DNA of 64,000 nucleotides from an uncultured Bradymonadales bacterium (GCA_964566695.1 CAZMJS010000008.1:1166-65165), one strand, 5' to 3'; numbered from the stretch's first letter, positions 37,014-46,720 are shown. Made by a program: numbers and translations. Notes: generated by a model from the sequence alone, not told the origin.

Positions 37014-38717
37014 ATGAACCGGTCAAGCTCTATGGATGCTTCTCTGCAGCCGTCCTCCAGAGGACGTTCCCACGCACCCCAACGAGGTGGAGACGTGAAC
37101 CGTGTCGCCCCCCCACTGCATGATGATCGCCCCACCGTCGTCGCCTTTGGCGGCGGTAAAGGCGGCACCGGACGCAGCACCCTTTGCGCCGATATCGCCC
37201 GCGCCCTGACGCGCCACGACTTTCGGGTACTCTGCGTCGACATGGCCATGAGCTGCCCCACGCTCAACATCCTGCTTCGCTGCCCGGAGCCTGCCTTCGC
37301 CGATGGTGGCGACGCACGCACGCCGCTGGGCGAATCCGACAGCCACATCGCTGAATTCATCGTCCCCACCGGCTACGATGACGTCTTCCTGACGGCCATC
37401 AGTGTTACCCAGCGCTACCCGTTTTCCCCCCTTGAGCTCGACCCCATGGAGCTCTTGACTCAGCTCCACGAACTGGACTTTGACTACGTCTTTCTCGACC
37501 TCTCCAACCAGGTCCGCGCCCTCGACGTGGAGCTATTCGCCCTCAGCGACATCCCTATCCTGGTCGCCTCCCCGGAACCGGCCTCCCTCCGGGCCACCAC
37601 CCAATACCTTCGAGCCACCCTCTTTCGCGCCATTGCCTACCACCCCGATGCCGCCGACTTCGAGGACGACCTCATCGAATCGCTCTTTCACCAACCGCTC
37701 GACTTTCGCACCCACGATTTACGACTCGACGTCCCCTCCTCCGATGCCCGGGCCATCATCGACGATACCCTGGAGCGACTGGAGACCTACATGCTCGTGA
37801 ATCTCGTGCGCGAGGGGGCCGAACACGACCTGGGCTTTGTCCTCAGTCACGCTCTTTATTGCGAGTTGCGCCTATTCCCGAGGGTCCTAGCCTCCATCGA
37901 GTACGCCGACCGGCGCTGGTTCTACAACCGCCGGACCACCGGGACCAATACCTCTCGAAACGAGGATGGCCTGACCAATGATATCGAGCTATTGGCCCGC
38001 CATATCCGCGACATTGAGCTCGTCGACTTGCGCTATCCCCGCCCCATCCCCACGGCCGACGACGCTCACCCCGCCCGACGCATGGGATTGAACCCGGAAT
38101 TAAGTCGCAACGAGGTCCGTCAATATTGCCGGCGTCTGTGGGAGGGATACCGCCGCGAACATGCCATTTCTCTGGTCTTCGCCAACGGTGACCGACGCAT
38201 CGAGGTCGCCGACCGCCTCGAGAAGCTCTATCGTCAGGTCCTAACGATGCCCAGTGAGAACTTCACGGCCGCCGACGCCGACTCCTCCTCACCTCGACGC
38301 CCGGCGACTCGTCCCACCCAGCGCCGCACCGATACTGCCCCTCCTCCCCCCGCCGCCGAGCGAAAGGAAGCTTCCCCATCCGACGATTCCGACTCGTCTC
38401 CCGCTGATAAACCGCCCACCGGCGACGGCGCTACGCCCTCCAAAAAACCCGCCCCCGACAAGCCCTCTCGCCCCTCGGGACCCACCCCGGGCGATCGCCT
38501 CGTCAAATTGCGTCAAAGCCGATCCATGAGCCTCCAAGAACTCAGCAGTCGGACCCATATCGGCGTCAAATACCTGGCGGCCATCGAGGACATCGACCTC
38601 GACGTCCTCCCCCGACATGTTTACTTACGGGGCTATCTCCGCGAAATCGCCCGCATCTTTGATATCGATGCTGCCCAGCTCATCGCCGACTACTTTGAAT
38701 TTCTGGACGCCCTTTGA
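37014..38717 (+). CDS. ParA/MinD-like P-loop protein with Arg-substituted Walker A, Pro-rich linker and C-terminal RodZ-like HTH
   Basis: Deviant Walker A GGGKGGTGRST (Arg codon cgc at 37173-37175 where ParA/MinD have the P-loop Lys). Walker B-like DYVFLDL. ILVASPEPASLRATTQYL. C-terminal LVKLRQSRSMSLQELSSRTHIGVKYLAAIE (HTH_25-like). GTG at 37095, preceded by GAGGTGGAG, is a likely true start. Confidence 0.8.
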   Translation: MNRSSSMDASLQPSSRGRSHAPQRGGDVNRVAPPLHDDRPTVVAFGGGKGGTGRSTLCADIARALTRHDFRVLCVDMAMSCPTLNILLRCPEPAFADGGDARTPLGESDSHIAEFIVPTGYDDVFLTAISVTQRYPFSPLELDPMELLTQLHELDFDYVFLDLSNQVRALDVELFALSDIPILVASPEPASLRATTQYLRATLFRAIAYHPDAADFEDDLIESLFHQPLDFRTHDLRLDVPSSDARAIIDDTLERLETYMLVNLVREGAEHDLGFVLSHALYCELRLFPRVLASIEYADRRWFYNRRTTGTNTSRNEDGLTNDIELLARHIRDIELVDLRYPRPIPTADDAHPARRMGLNPELSRNEVRQYCRRLWEGYRREHAISLVFANGDRRIEVADRLEKLYRQVLTMPSENFTAADADSSSPRRPATRPTQRRTDTAPPPPAAERKEASPSDDSDSSPADKPPTGDGATPSKKPAPDKPSRPSGPTPGDRLVKLRQSRSMSLQELSSRTHIGVKYLAAIEDIDLDVLPRHVYLRGYLREIARIFDIDAAQLIADYFEFLDAL

Positions 38718-38826
38718 TCGGATCGTCGCATCACCTTGAAGTTGCATCCAACCCCGTTGCCCCTCATAATCGTGGTCGGACACTTTCCGACACCCCACTC
38801 AACGCCGCTCTCCAGGAGTCACCACC

Positions 38827-39099
38827 ATGGCCAAGATCACCGATCCTAAACAGGCTGCTCGCCGCGCTCGCGTCATCGCCTCCGACCTGACGATGTACCC
38901 TGATATTCAGGAAAAAATCGCCGAGGGTATTCGCAACGACAACCTCTTTCAGGTCATCGATGGCATCTGGAATGAGGCCCTGACCTACATGCGCCAATAC
39001 GTTGACGAAGACGTCTTGGAAAATACCAACGTGCTCGAAAAAGCATTTATCGACGGCGTCTTCGCCCAATGCGGCGATATCGAATCCCCCATCTGGTGA
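38827..39099 (+). CDS. small conserved-looking hypothetical protein (90 aa)
   Basis: AGGAG RBS upstream of the ATG. Balanced, non-repetitive sequence. Its stop lies 10 nt before the rluD-like ATG. Confidence 0.55.
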   Translation: MAKITDPKQAARRARVIASDLTMYPDIQEKIAEGIRNDNLFQVIDGIWNEALTYMRQYVDEDVLENTNVLEKAFIDGVFAQCGDIESPIW

Positions 39100-39109
39100 T
39101 CCCCCATTC

Positions 39110-40066
39110 ATGAGCGCCGCTAGAACCTTCCGCTTCGCCATCGGCGACGACCATCCTTATGTGGGAAAGCGCCTCGATCGCTTCCTCGCCGAACACAATC
39201 AGCCCGAGCTATCCCGCTCGCAGATCAAAAAGCAGATCGCCGCCGGCGACATCACCGTCAATGGAGAGGTCCAGAAAGCGGGTCATAAACTCCGTGCAGG
39301 CGATCGTATTCAGTGGCACTACACTCCTCGCATCCAGCCCAGCGCCGACGCCGAGCCCATCGATCTGGCGCTGCTTTATGAGGACTCTCACCTCGCCGTC
39401 GTCGACAAGCCCCAAGATCTGGTGGTCCACCCGGCGCGCTCTCATCCCCGCAACACCCTGGTCAACGGCCTCGTGCATCGCTTCGGCCGACGTGGCCTCT
39501 CATCTGAGGCAGGGGACCTGCGACCAGGCATCGTCCACCGGCTTGACCGCTACACCTCTGGGTCTCTCGTCATCGCCCGCCATAACCGGGCCCATCAATG
39601 CTTAAGCGACCAATTTCGAGACCACGCCGTCCACCGCGTCTACCATGCCCTGGTGCACGGACCAGGGCTCGACCCCCAGGGCACCTTCGACACCCCTCAC
39701 AATCGGCACCCCAATGAGCGGGTGCGCTTTACGGGCCACCATGGCGGCAGGCGTCGAGCCATCACTCATTACCGCGTCCTGGAGCGCTTTGACTGCGGTG
39801 CATGCCTCGTGGCTTGCCGTCTGGAGACCGGTCGTACCCACCAAATACGCATGCACTTTTACGAGGCTCACGCCCCCATCCTCGGCGATCATATTTACGG
39901 CGGGCGACGCACCGGCGAGTCCTCCATCATCGATCGCCAGGCCCTGCACGCCTATCAACTCGGCTTTCGCCACCCCGGCGGATTTCAATTGGAGATCACC
40001 TCTCCCTATCCCGATGACTTCTCCGACGCCCTTGCCGACCTACGCCGGGGCAGTGATTGGCGCTAG
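39110..40066 (+). CDS. rluD: RluA-family 23S rRNA pseudouridine synthase with S4 domain (RluD-like)
   Basis: S4-like GKRLDRFLAE, catalytic VHRLDRYTSG, RTHQIRMHF. Start at ATG 39110 (MSAARTF). Confidence 0.88.
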   Translation: MSAARTFRFAIGDDHPYVGKRLDRFLAEHNQPELSRSQIKKQIAAGDITVNGEVQKAGHKLRAGDRIQWHYTPRIQPSADAEPIDLALLYEDSHLAVVDKPQDLVVHPARSHPRNTLVNGLVHRFGRRGLSSEAGDLRPGIVHRLDRYTSGSLVIARHNRAHQCLSDQFRDHAVHRVYHALVHGPGLDPQGTFDTPHNRHPNERVRFTGHHGGRRRAITHYRVLERFDCGACLVACRLETGRTHQIRMHFYEAHAPILGDHIYGGRRTGESSIIDRQALHAYQLGFRHPGGFQLEITSPYPDDFSDALADLRRGSDWR

Positions 40067-40121
40067 GAGCCTGTTTCGCATAGCGAACCGAGACGATGCG
40101 GAGCTTATGTGCCACAAGCTC

Positions 40122-43100
40122 CTAGCCCTCGGCCTGTCTAAGCGCCTTTAGTTTTCTCACCACCTCGCGTCTCTGAAACGCTCGTAGATCTGGCGCTTCG
40201 TCGATCTGTTCCAGACGGCGCTGCGTCAGCGCCCAGGCGCGTTGCAATAATTCCCGGCCCTCCTCGTCGCCGTCGTCCAATAACTCCGCCCGCCCCACCA
40301 GCACTGCGTCCTCACCAAACAACTCCAGGCCGTCGAGCCCCTTGACTGCCAACGCCGACCACTCCAGGGCTTTTCGCCTCTCGCCACGGCGCTTGGCGAT
40401 CTCAGACAATAGGTACTGGGCCATGACCTCCGCCCACATCAGGCCCGTTTTTTGGCTCAACTCTAAGCTGTGCTCGGCCCGCTCCTTGGCTTCCTTCAAA
40501 CGCGCCTCGCCGCCCCTTCGAAGGCCCCACTGGACAAGCCCTAGCATGGCGCACACCATCATATATATATGGGGAATGTTTTTTGCCTCGCCCAGCCCTT
40601 CTTTCAAAAACGTATTCGCCTCTTCCAGTTGATTCAGCTCCAAATGGGCTAATCCCAACGTGATCAACCCGTCGACCTCGGTGTGAACGTCCTCCGCCCG
40701 GCGAGCCTGGGCGAGGCCTCTCCACGTGCACTCCAGGGACTGCTCACCGCGCCCCAGCATCTGGTATAGATGACCCAGGTTCACCCACACCAATGCCTCA
40801 TCCCGTCGATGGCCCATGCGGCGACAGGCCGCCAGCGCCTGGCGGTAGCTCTCCTTGGCCCTCGCGAACTCGCCCAGATAGGCATGAGCCAACCCGCTAT
40901 TGATCAACAATTGCCTATGCAGCGTCGTCGACGGCATGCTCTCGCTGATAAGAAGCGCCGTCTGATAGGCCTCCAGGGCCTCTCGATGGCGCCCACTCTG
41001 ACGGAGGATCACCCCTCGCGTGGAATAGCACTCGATCAATAGGCGCTGATCTTGGCTTCGATCCTGACGATGGAGCGAACCAATGGCCCGGTCGACCAGG
41101 CCTAGCGCTCGATGGCGACGGCCCTCCGACAAATCGATGACCGCCTCCAATCGCCACGCCAGGGCCTGGAAATGGCGGTGGCCGTGCTCGTTGGCCATCG
41201 CCGCTAACTCCTGCGCTTTTTGGCGGGCCTCCGCCAGACGACCTTCCTGACGATCAAAGCGGACTTCTTCGGCCATCGCTCGCAGTCGTGGTTCGCCTAT
41301 TTCCTCTTCCGACGCCATGCTCGACCACTCGTCGAGGGCCTGTTTCCACTCCCGAGTCACCCCCACCTCTCGGAGCGACGTCACCTTCCAGCGCAATACG
41401 CGCCGGCGTCCAGCCCCATCCAACCACTCTTTTTCCAGCAGTTGATCGCAAATCTGCAAACACTGCTCGGCCCCCCATTGCGTGCAGGCCTCCTCGATTG
41501 CCCCTTCGTACCACTGGAGCGCCTCCTCCAATTGTCCCGCCAATTCCAATTGCTCGGCCACCACCACCCCTCCGTATCGCTCGTGATGTTGCTTGAGGTA
41601 CTCGGCCACTCGGCGATGGGCTTGCACGCGATCGTCATCCAGCACCCCCCGACGGGCCGCTCTGCGAAGCAAGTCGCTGGCGAAACGATAGCTCTTCCCA
41701 TGGGGATCAGCGACCTCTAGGATTCGCTCCTCCACCAGGTCCTCTATCGGCCCCTTTTGGACCCCCAGGGCCTCTTTTGCCATGTCGGCGGTGAACGGTT
41801 CCGGCAAGATCACCAATTGCTGAAGCGCCGCCCGTTCGCCAGCATTCATCCGATCCAAGCGCGCCGCCAGGATACTCTCCAGGCTCGACGGCAACTCCCT
41901 ATCTGCCCTGGCTTCTTGTCCACCCGTGATCCACGACTGGACCACTTCTTGGATATAGAGCGGGTTCCCCCCCGAGCGCTCCACTAAACGCTGCACCACC
42001 TGCTCATCGACCTCCTCCTCTTCCATGACCAACAGTCCTCGTACCAACTCTTCGGCGCTGCGTTGCGATAACTCCGGGAGCCGCTCCACCCGAATCCCTT
42101 GGGCCTCCAGCAATTTCTTCCATACGCGACCGTGCTTGACTTCCCGCTCGCCCCGTGTCGTGCCCACGAAAAACACCGCCCCCCCAGGACGCTCGTCAAA
42201 ATAACGGGCTGCAAAATGCATCATCACCGGATCCATGAACTCGATATCATCAATGGCCACCACCAGCGGTTTTCGCCGGGCCTCCCGATTGACCACACGG
42301 TTCAGGGCTGCAAATAGTTCCTGACGCCTGCTGGTCCGACCCTCCCCCTGACGAAGCCCGAACAAACCGAGGAACGGCCCGATCATCTCCTGCCCCCCTC
42401 CATTGGACGCCCCAAACGCCGCCTTCAGATAGTCCCTCAACCGCTGCTCCAACGTCGCCCGGTCTCCACCGAGTTCCAGGCCCATGATCTCGCCAAAGAG
42501 GGCCCGCACACTGGCCAGGGGCACATCGCGATGAGCCGGCGTGGCCACCCCGCGGATCAATCGCACCTCGTCGAGATTCAATTGCTCCAGGAACCCCTCG
42601 ATCAGCGTTGATTTACCCACCCCGGCTTCCCCCATCCAAATCAGGCCCCGGGCCTGCCCCTCCATCAAGGTGGCTCGGAGGCGATTTCGCATGATCTTTT
42701 GTTCCATCTCCCGTCCGTGAAACTGCTCGAACGAGCGGCGTAATTCGCGAATCTGCTCGCCGACGCTCTTGGGGGCCTGCAGCGCGTAAAGCCCCCCCGG
42801 ATGGTCTGGGGCCTCCAACGCCAACTCACGGCTTCGATAGCGCCGCTCGATTCGCGCCCGAACCGCGCTGTCCAGCGCTATCTCCGATTCCAGCAACTCC
42901 ACCACCGCTTCCAGGCGAGCCTGCGCCCCGTCTCTTAATTCCCAGGCAAACCCATCCTCCTGACCGCCCACCGACTCCAGCAGTACTTCTCCCTTGCCAA
43001 TGGCCATCGGCACCTGGACAACCGGCTTGTCGTCCTCCCCCAACCTCAGCCCCTCCACGGCCTCCCGCACCAATAATGCCACCTGAGCAGCTCGCGTGGC

Positions 43101-44360
43101 GTCCGTCGCCGTCGCCATGGGAATGCCCATCATCAGGCAAAAGCGCCATCCCTCCAGTCGATGAATGACCGCGTCATATTTGTAGGCAATCGATTCGATA
43201 ATCTGCTCAAAGGACTCGTCTGCCCCCTGGCCCTTGCCACCACCTCCTCGGACCTCACCACAGATCAAGGTCACATCCTTGCGCTGCCGCGTGCTAACCC
43301 CTGAGGGTGCACTCGGTATGCCCCCAAGCTCCGCTCCCTCCGACGCGTTGACCAGACCCGTCACCGCCGTGATTGGCTCCTGGCGACGGTTCTCCAACTC
43401 CCCGGTTCCATTGGGGCCAAACAACCCTTTCTCTCGCTCCAGCTCGGCCCACTTGTCGCTCAACTCTGCTACGTATTGCGCCAGCGTCGTCCCATCATAG
43501 ATCTGGGCCAATCCGTAGAGCACTCGTGTCAGGCGAGTCTGGAGTTGTCGAGCGCTCTCCATACGCTGCTCCCGATCGGCACTCAGAAGCTTGTACAGGA
43601 TGAACTCCAGCTCCTCCGGCACCTCCACAATCGATCCCAGATCGGGAATCACCGCCGACCGCACGAGTTTTCGGGCCGTCGCCTCGTCGGTGGCGTCAAA
43701 TAGTGGGCTCCCCGTGACCATTTCGTAGAGCACTGTCCCCAGACTGAATAGATCGCTTCGCTGATCAAGCGCCTCCCCCCGTGATTGCTCGGGACTCATA
43801 TAGCGTACTTTACCTACGAAGCGCTCATCTTCCCCGGAGCGTTCGTCGGCCCGCTGAGCAATCCCAAAATCCAGCAATTTCACCGCGCCCTGGCGGCCGA
43901 TCATGATATTCTGGGGACTGATATCGCGATGAATCAGCCCCATGGGGCGACCAAATTCATCGATTCGTCCATGGGCGTAGTCCAGCCCCTTGGCGATCTC
44001 AGTTGCGATATAGATGGCATTTCCCAGGCCGACAGGATGACTGCACTGACGGGCAGCATCCATCAGTCGACCAAGATGCACCCCATCGACATACTCCATG
44101 GCCAGGTAATAAACCTCATCGACCTTTCCGAAATCGTAGACCTGCACAATATTGGGATGGTTGAGATCCATCGCCAGCCGTGCCTCGGCGATAAACAGCT
44201 CCACAAACCGCTTATCCGTCGCCAACTCCGGAAGGATCCGCTTGATGACCAGCGTCTTGGAAACGCCCTCGGCGCCCAACGTCCGAGCCTTGTGGACCTC
44301 TGCCATCCCGCCGCGACCGATGGGCTCCAATAATTCGTATGTACCGAATCGCTGGTTCAC
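40122..44360 (-). CDS. Ser/Thr protein kinase fused to degenerate cyclase-homology region, STAND/AAA P-loop NTPase and TPR repeats
   Basis: Kinase motifs GRGGMAEVHKA, HRDISPQN, DFG, SPE. P-loop GEAGVGKST. About 600 aa of TPR-like repeats at the C-terminus. Confidence 0.92.
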   Translation of the reverse strand: MNQRFGTYELLEPIGRGGMAEVHKARTLGAEGVSKTLVIKRILPELATDKRFVELFIAEARLAMDLNHPNIVQVYDFGKVDEVYYLAMEYVDGVHLGRLMDAARQCSHPVGLGNAIYIATEIAKGLDYAHGRIDEFGRPMGLIHRDISPQNIMIGRQGAVKLLDFGIAQRADERSGEDERFVGKVRYMSPEQSRGEALDQRSDLFSLGTVLYEMVTGSPLFDATDEATARKLVRSAVIPDLGSIVEVPEELEFILYKLLSADREQRMESARQLQTRLTRVLYGLAQIYDGTTLAQYVAELSDKWAELEREKGLFGPNGTGELENRRQEPITAVTGLVNASEGAELGGIPSAPSGVSTRQRKDVTLICGEVRGGGGKGQGADESFEQIIESIAYKYDAVIHRLEGWRFCLMMGIPMATATDATRAAQVALLVREAVEGLRLGEDDKPVVQVPMAIGKGEVLLESVGGQEDGFAWELRDGAQARLEAVVELLESEIALDSAVRARIERRYRSRELALEAPDHPGGLYALQAPKSVGEQIRELRRSFEQFHGREMEQKIMRNRLRATLMEGQARGLIWMGEAGVGKSTLIEGFLEQLNLDEVRLIRGVATPAHRDVPLASVRALFGEIMGLELGGDRATLEQRLRDYLKAAFGASNGGGQEMIGPFLGLFGLRQGEGRTSRRQELFAALNRVVNREARRKPLVVAIDDIEFMDPVMMHFAARYFDERPGGAVFFVGTTRGEREVKHGRVWKKLLEAQGIRVERLPELSQRSAEELVRGLLVMEEEEVDEQVVQRLVERSGGNPLYIQEVVQSWITGGQEARADRELPSSLESILAARLDRMNAGERAALQQLVILPEPFTADMAKEALGVQKGPIEDLVEERILEVADPHGKSYRFASDLLRRAARRGVLDDDRVQAHRRVAEYLKQHHERYGGVVVAEQLELAGQLEEALQWYEGAIEEACTQWGAEQCLQICDQLLEKEWLDGAGRRRVLRWKVTSLREVGVTREWKQALDEWSSMASEEEIGEPRLRAMAEEVRFDRQEGRLAEARQKAQELAAMANEHGHRHFQALAWRLEAVIDLSEGRRHRALGLVDRAIGSLHRQDRSQDQRLLIECYSTRGVILRQSGRHREALEAYQTALLISESMPSTTLHRQLLINSGLAHAYLGEFARAKESYRQALAACRRMGHRRDEALVWVNLGHLYQMLGRGEQSLECTWRGLAQARRAEDVHTEVDGLITLGLAHLELNQLEEANTFLKEGLGEAKNIPHIYMMVCAMLGLVQWGLRRGGEARLKEAKERAEHSLELSQKTGLMWAEVMAQYLLSEIAKRRGERRKALEWSALAVKGLDGLELFGEDAVLVGRAELLDDGDEEGRELLQRAWALTQRRLEQIDEAPDLRAFQRREVVRKLKALRQAEG

Positions 44361-44366
44361 ATGGCC

Positions 44367-44906
44367 TCATTTGCCCTCGATAGGCGTCCACGCCAATTGC
44401 CTCATCGCTTCATAGGTCGCGACGGCACAGGCGTTCGATAAATTCAAACTGCGAACATGCTCGCTGATCGGAATGGAGTAGCACCGATGGTCAAAGCGGT
44501 GGCGGACCTCCTCATCGAGGCCCTTCGTCTCCCGTCCGAAGACCAGAACGGAGCCTGGCTGGTAGTTGGCCTCCGTATATCGCCGATCTGTCTTCTTTGT
44601 AAAAAAGTATAACCTATCCTCCGGAAAGGGGGCCAGCGCCGATTCCAACTCATCGTGGACGCACAATCGAATATGCGACCAATAATCGAGCCCGGCCCGC
44701 TTGAGATAGCGGTTGTCGAGTTCAAACCCCAGGGGGCGTACCAGATGGAGCCACATATTGGCCCCGGCGCATAACCGCCCAATATTCCCTGTATTGCCCG
44801 GGATTTCCGGGCACACCAGCATCACGTGCAGATCCTCGTCCGCCTCGGTGCCCCACCAGGGCCGGGGTTCCACCAGGTTGAATTCGTAGGGGTTCTTCAT
44901 CGCCAT
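44367..44906 (-). CDS. trmL: tRNA (cytidine/uridine-2'-O)-methyltransferase TrmL
   Basis: LVCPEIPGNTGNIGRLC...LVFGRETKGL...SLNLSNACAVATYEAMRQ. Its stop lies 6 nt before the kinase ATG. Confidence 0.85.
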   Translation of the reverse strand: MAMKNPYEFNLVEPRPWWGTEADEDLHVMLVCPEIPGNTGNIGRLCAGANMWLHLVRPLGFELDNRYLKRAGLDYWSHIRLCVHDELESALAPFPEDRLYFFTKKTDRRYTEANYQPGSVLVFGRETKGLDEEVRHRFDHRCYSIPISEHVRSLNLSNACAVATYEAMRQLAWTPIEGK

Positions 44907-45053
44907 CGGTGCCTCACTTCTCCGATCCGATCGGGTTTCACAACCTCGATCCACATTCGTTCATTGCAGTGTCGCCCCGATCTACGGGAGCCCCGCTGCA
45001 CGATGCAAACCTCCTAATCTCTCCACTGTTCCATAACTCACCACGATCGCCGA

Positions 45054-45845
45054 TTATTCGCCGCCTCCTCCGCCCTTGCGGACGGCCTCCTCCCATTCCT
45101 CGAGCAAGACCGTCGCATCGAGAAGGTCCTGCGAGTCCTCGGCCTGAAATTCCGGGTGCCACTGAATCCCCAGGGCATACCCATCGCCCCTCCAACGCAC
45201 GGCCTCGATGATCCCGTCTTCCGGGCTTCGCGCCTCCACCTCCAGACCCTGGCCCAACTCCTTGATGGCCTGGTGGTGCACGCTATTGACCCGCCCTTCC
45301 AACTGACCATATCGGGCAGCCAGTCCGCTCCCCTCGACCAACGCCACGCGATGGGTATTGCGCTCATAGAGCTCGCGTCTCGTGTGCTGCACCGCCCTGC
45401 CCACCTGGGTGGCAATATCTTGGTATAAGCTTCCTCCCAGGGCGACATTGAGAATCTGGTGCCCTCGGCAAATCCCCAACACCGGCACCCCTCGGTCCAA
45501 CGCCGCCTCGATCAGCGCTACCTCGTAGCGGTCACGCTGACGATCCCCGGCCCATTGCGACCTCAGAGGGCGTTCACCATAACTCTCCGGGGCCACATCC
45601 ACCCCGCCCTGAACCACCAGCCCATCGATGACCTCCATATAGGCCCCCGGGTCCCAGCGCCCCTCCCTTGCCTCCGACACCCCTGGAATCATCATCGGTA
45701 ACCACCCCTGGCGACCCATAAGCCACTCGCCCATCGAGCGCTCCAGAAATAATAGGGGACGGCCATTGAACCGTCGCCGTTGCTCGTCGCCATGCATCCA
45801 CCCCGCCGTGACCCCGATGACTATTGATCCACTTGGTTTTTTCAT
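45054..45845 (-). CDS. class I glutamine amidotransferase, gamma-glutamyl-GABA hydrolase (PuuD/peptidase C26) family
   Basis: GICRGHQILNVALGGSLYQDI...HHQAI...GIQWHPE. Confidence 0.8.
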   Translation of the reverse strand: MKKPSGSIVIGVTAGWMHGDEQRRRFNGRPLLFLERSMGEWLMGRQGWLPMMIPGVSEAREGRWDPGAYMEVIDGLVVQGGVDVAPESYGERPLRSQWAGDRQRDRYEVALIEAALDRGVPVLGICRGHQILNVALGGSLYQDIATQVGRAVQHTRRELYERNTHRVALVEGSGLAARYGQLEGRVNSVHHQAIKELGQGLEVEARSPEDGIIEAVRWRGDGYALGIQWHPEFQAEDSQDLLDATVLLEEWEEAVRKGGGGGE

Positions 45846-45940
45846 GCGTCGTTCCTACTTTCGAAGTTCGATGACTCAATGCTATAGAGTGCTCCACACT
45901 CACGGGTTTATCCCTTCCTTTTGCTACCTGGAGGCAACCG

Positions 45941-46702
45941 ATGGCAGGACATAGTAAATGGGCCAATATTAAGCATAAAAAGGCCAAGCAGGACAAAAAG
46001 AGGGGGAAGATCTTTAGCAAATTGAGCAAAAAGATCACCTCCGCAGCCCGTCGTGGCGGCGGTGATATGGAGTATAACTCCGAACTTCGGGTCTACGTCG
46101 ACAAGGCCAAAGCCGCCAATATGCCCAAGGAAAATATCGAACGGGCCATCAAAAAGGGCACCGGCGAATTAGAGGGAGTCAGCTACACCGACTTTCGCTA
46201 CGAAGGCTACGGCCCCGGCGGCGTGGCCTACCTTCTGGAAGGCTCAACGGATAACAAAAACCGCACCGTCGCTGAAATTCGCCACATGCTCGACGATCAC
46301 GGCGGAAACCTCGGCGAAGACGGCTGCGTCTCCTGGATGTTCCACTCCCACGGACTCCTCAGCCTCAACCACGACGAAGTCGACGACGAAGATGAGCTCA
46401 TGATGCTCGTCCTGGAGCACGGTGCCGAAGACTTCGAGATCGACGACGGCGTCGTCACCATTACCACCGAGCCCAAATCCTATGCCCAGGTGCGAAACGC
46501 GCTCCAGGACCAGGGCCTCACCGACTTTATCACCGACGAGATCACCAAGGTCGCTGAAAACTCGCTGACCCCGGACCTCGATACGGTCAAGCGCAACATG
46601 AAGCTCATCGACAAGCTCGAGGACCACGATGATATTGAGGAGATCTACCACAACCTCGATCTCACCGACGAGGTCGCCCAGGCATTGAACGACGAAATCT
46701 AA
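45941..46702 (+). CDS. yebC: YebC/PmpR-family DNA-binding regulator
   Basis: MAGHSKWANIKHKKAKQDKKRGKIFSKL... Confidence 0.93.
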   Translation: MAGHSKWANIKHKKAKQDKKRGKIFSKLSKKITSAARRGGGDMEYNSELRVYVDKAKAANMPKENIERAIKKGTGELEGVSYTDFRYEGYGPGGVAYLLEGSTDNKNRTVAEIRHMLDDHGGNLGEDGCVSWMFHSHGLLSLNHDEVDDEDELMMLVLEHGAEDFEIDDGVVTITTEPKSYAQVRNALQDQGLTDFITDEITKVAENSLTPDLDTVKRNMKLIDKLEDHDDIEEIYHNLDLTDEVAQALNDEI

Positions 46703-46720
46703 GACCGCAAGGATTCGCGC

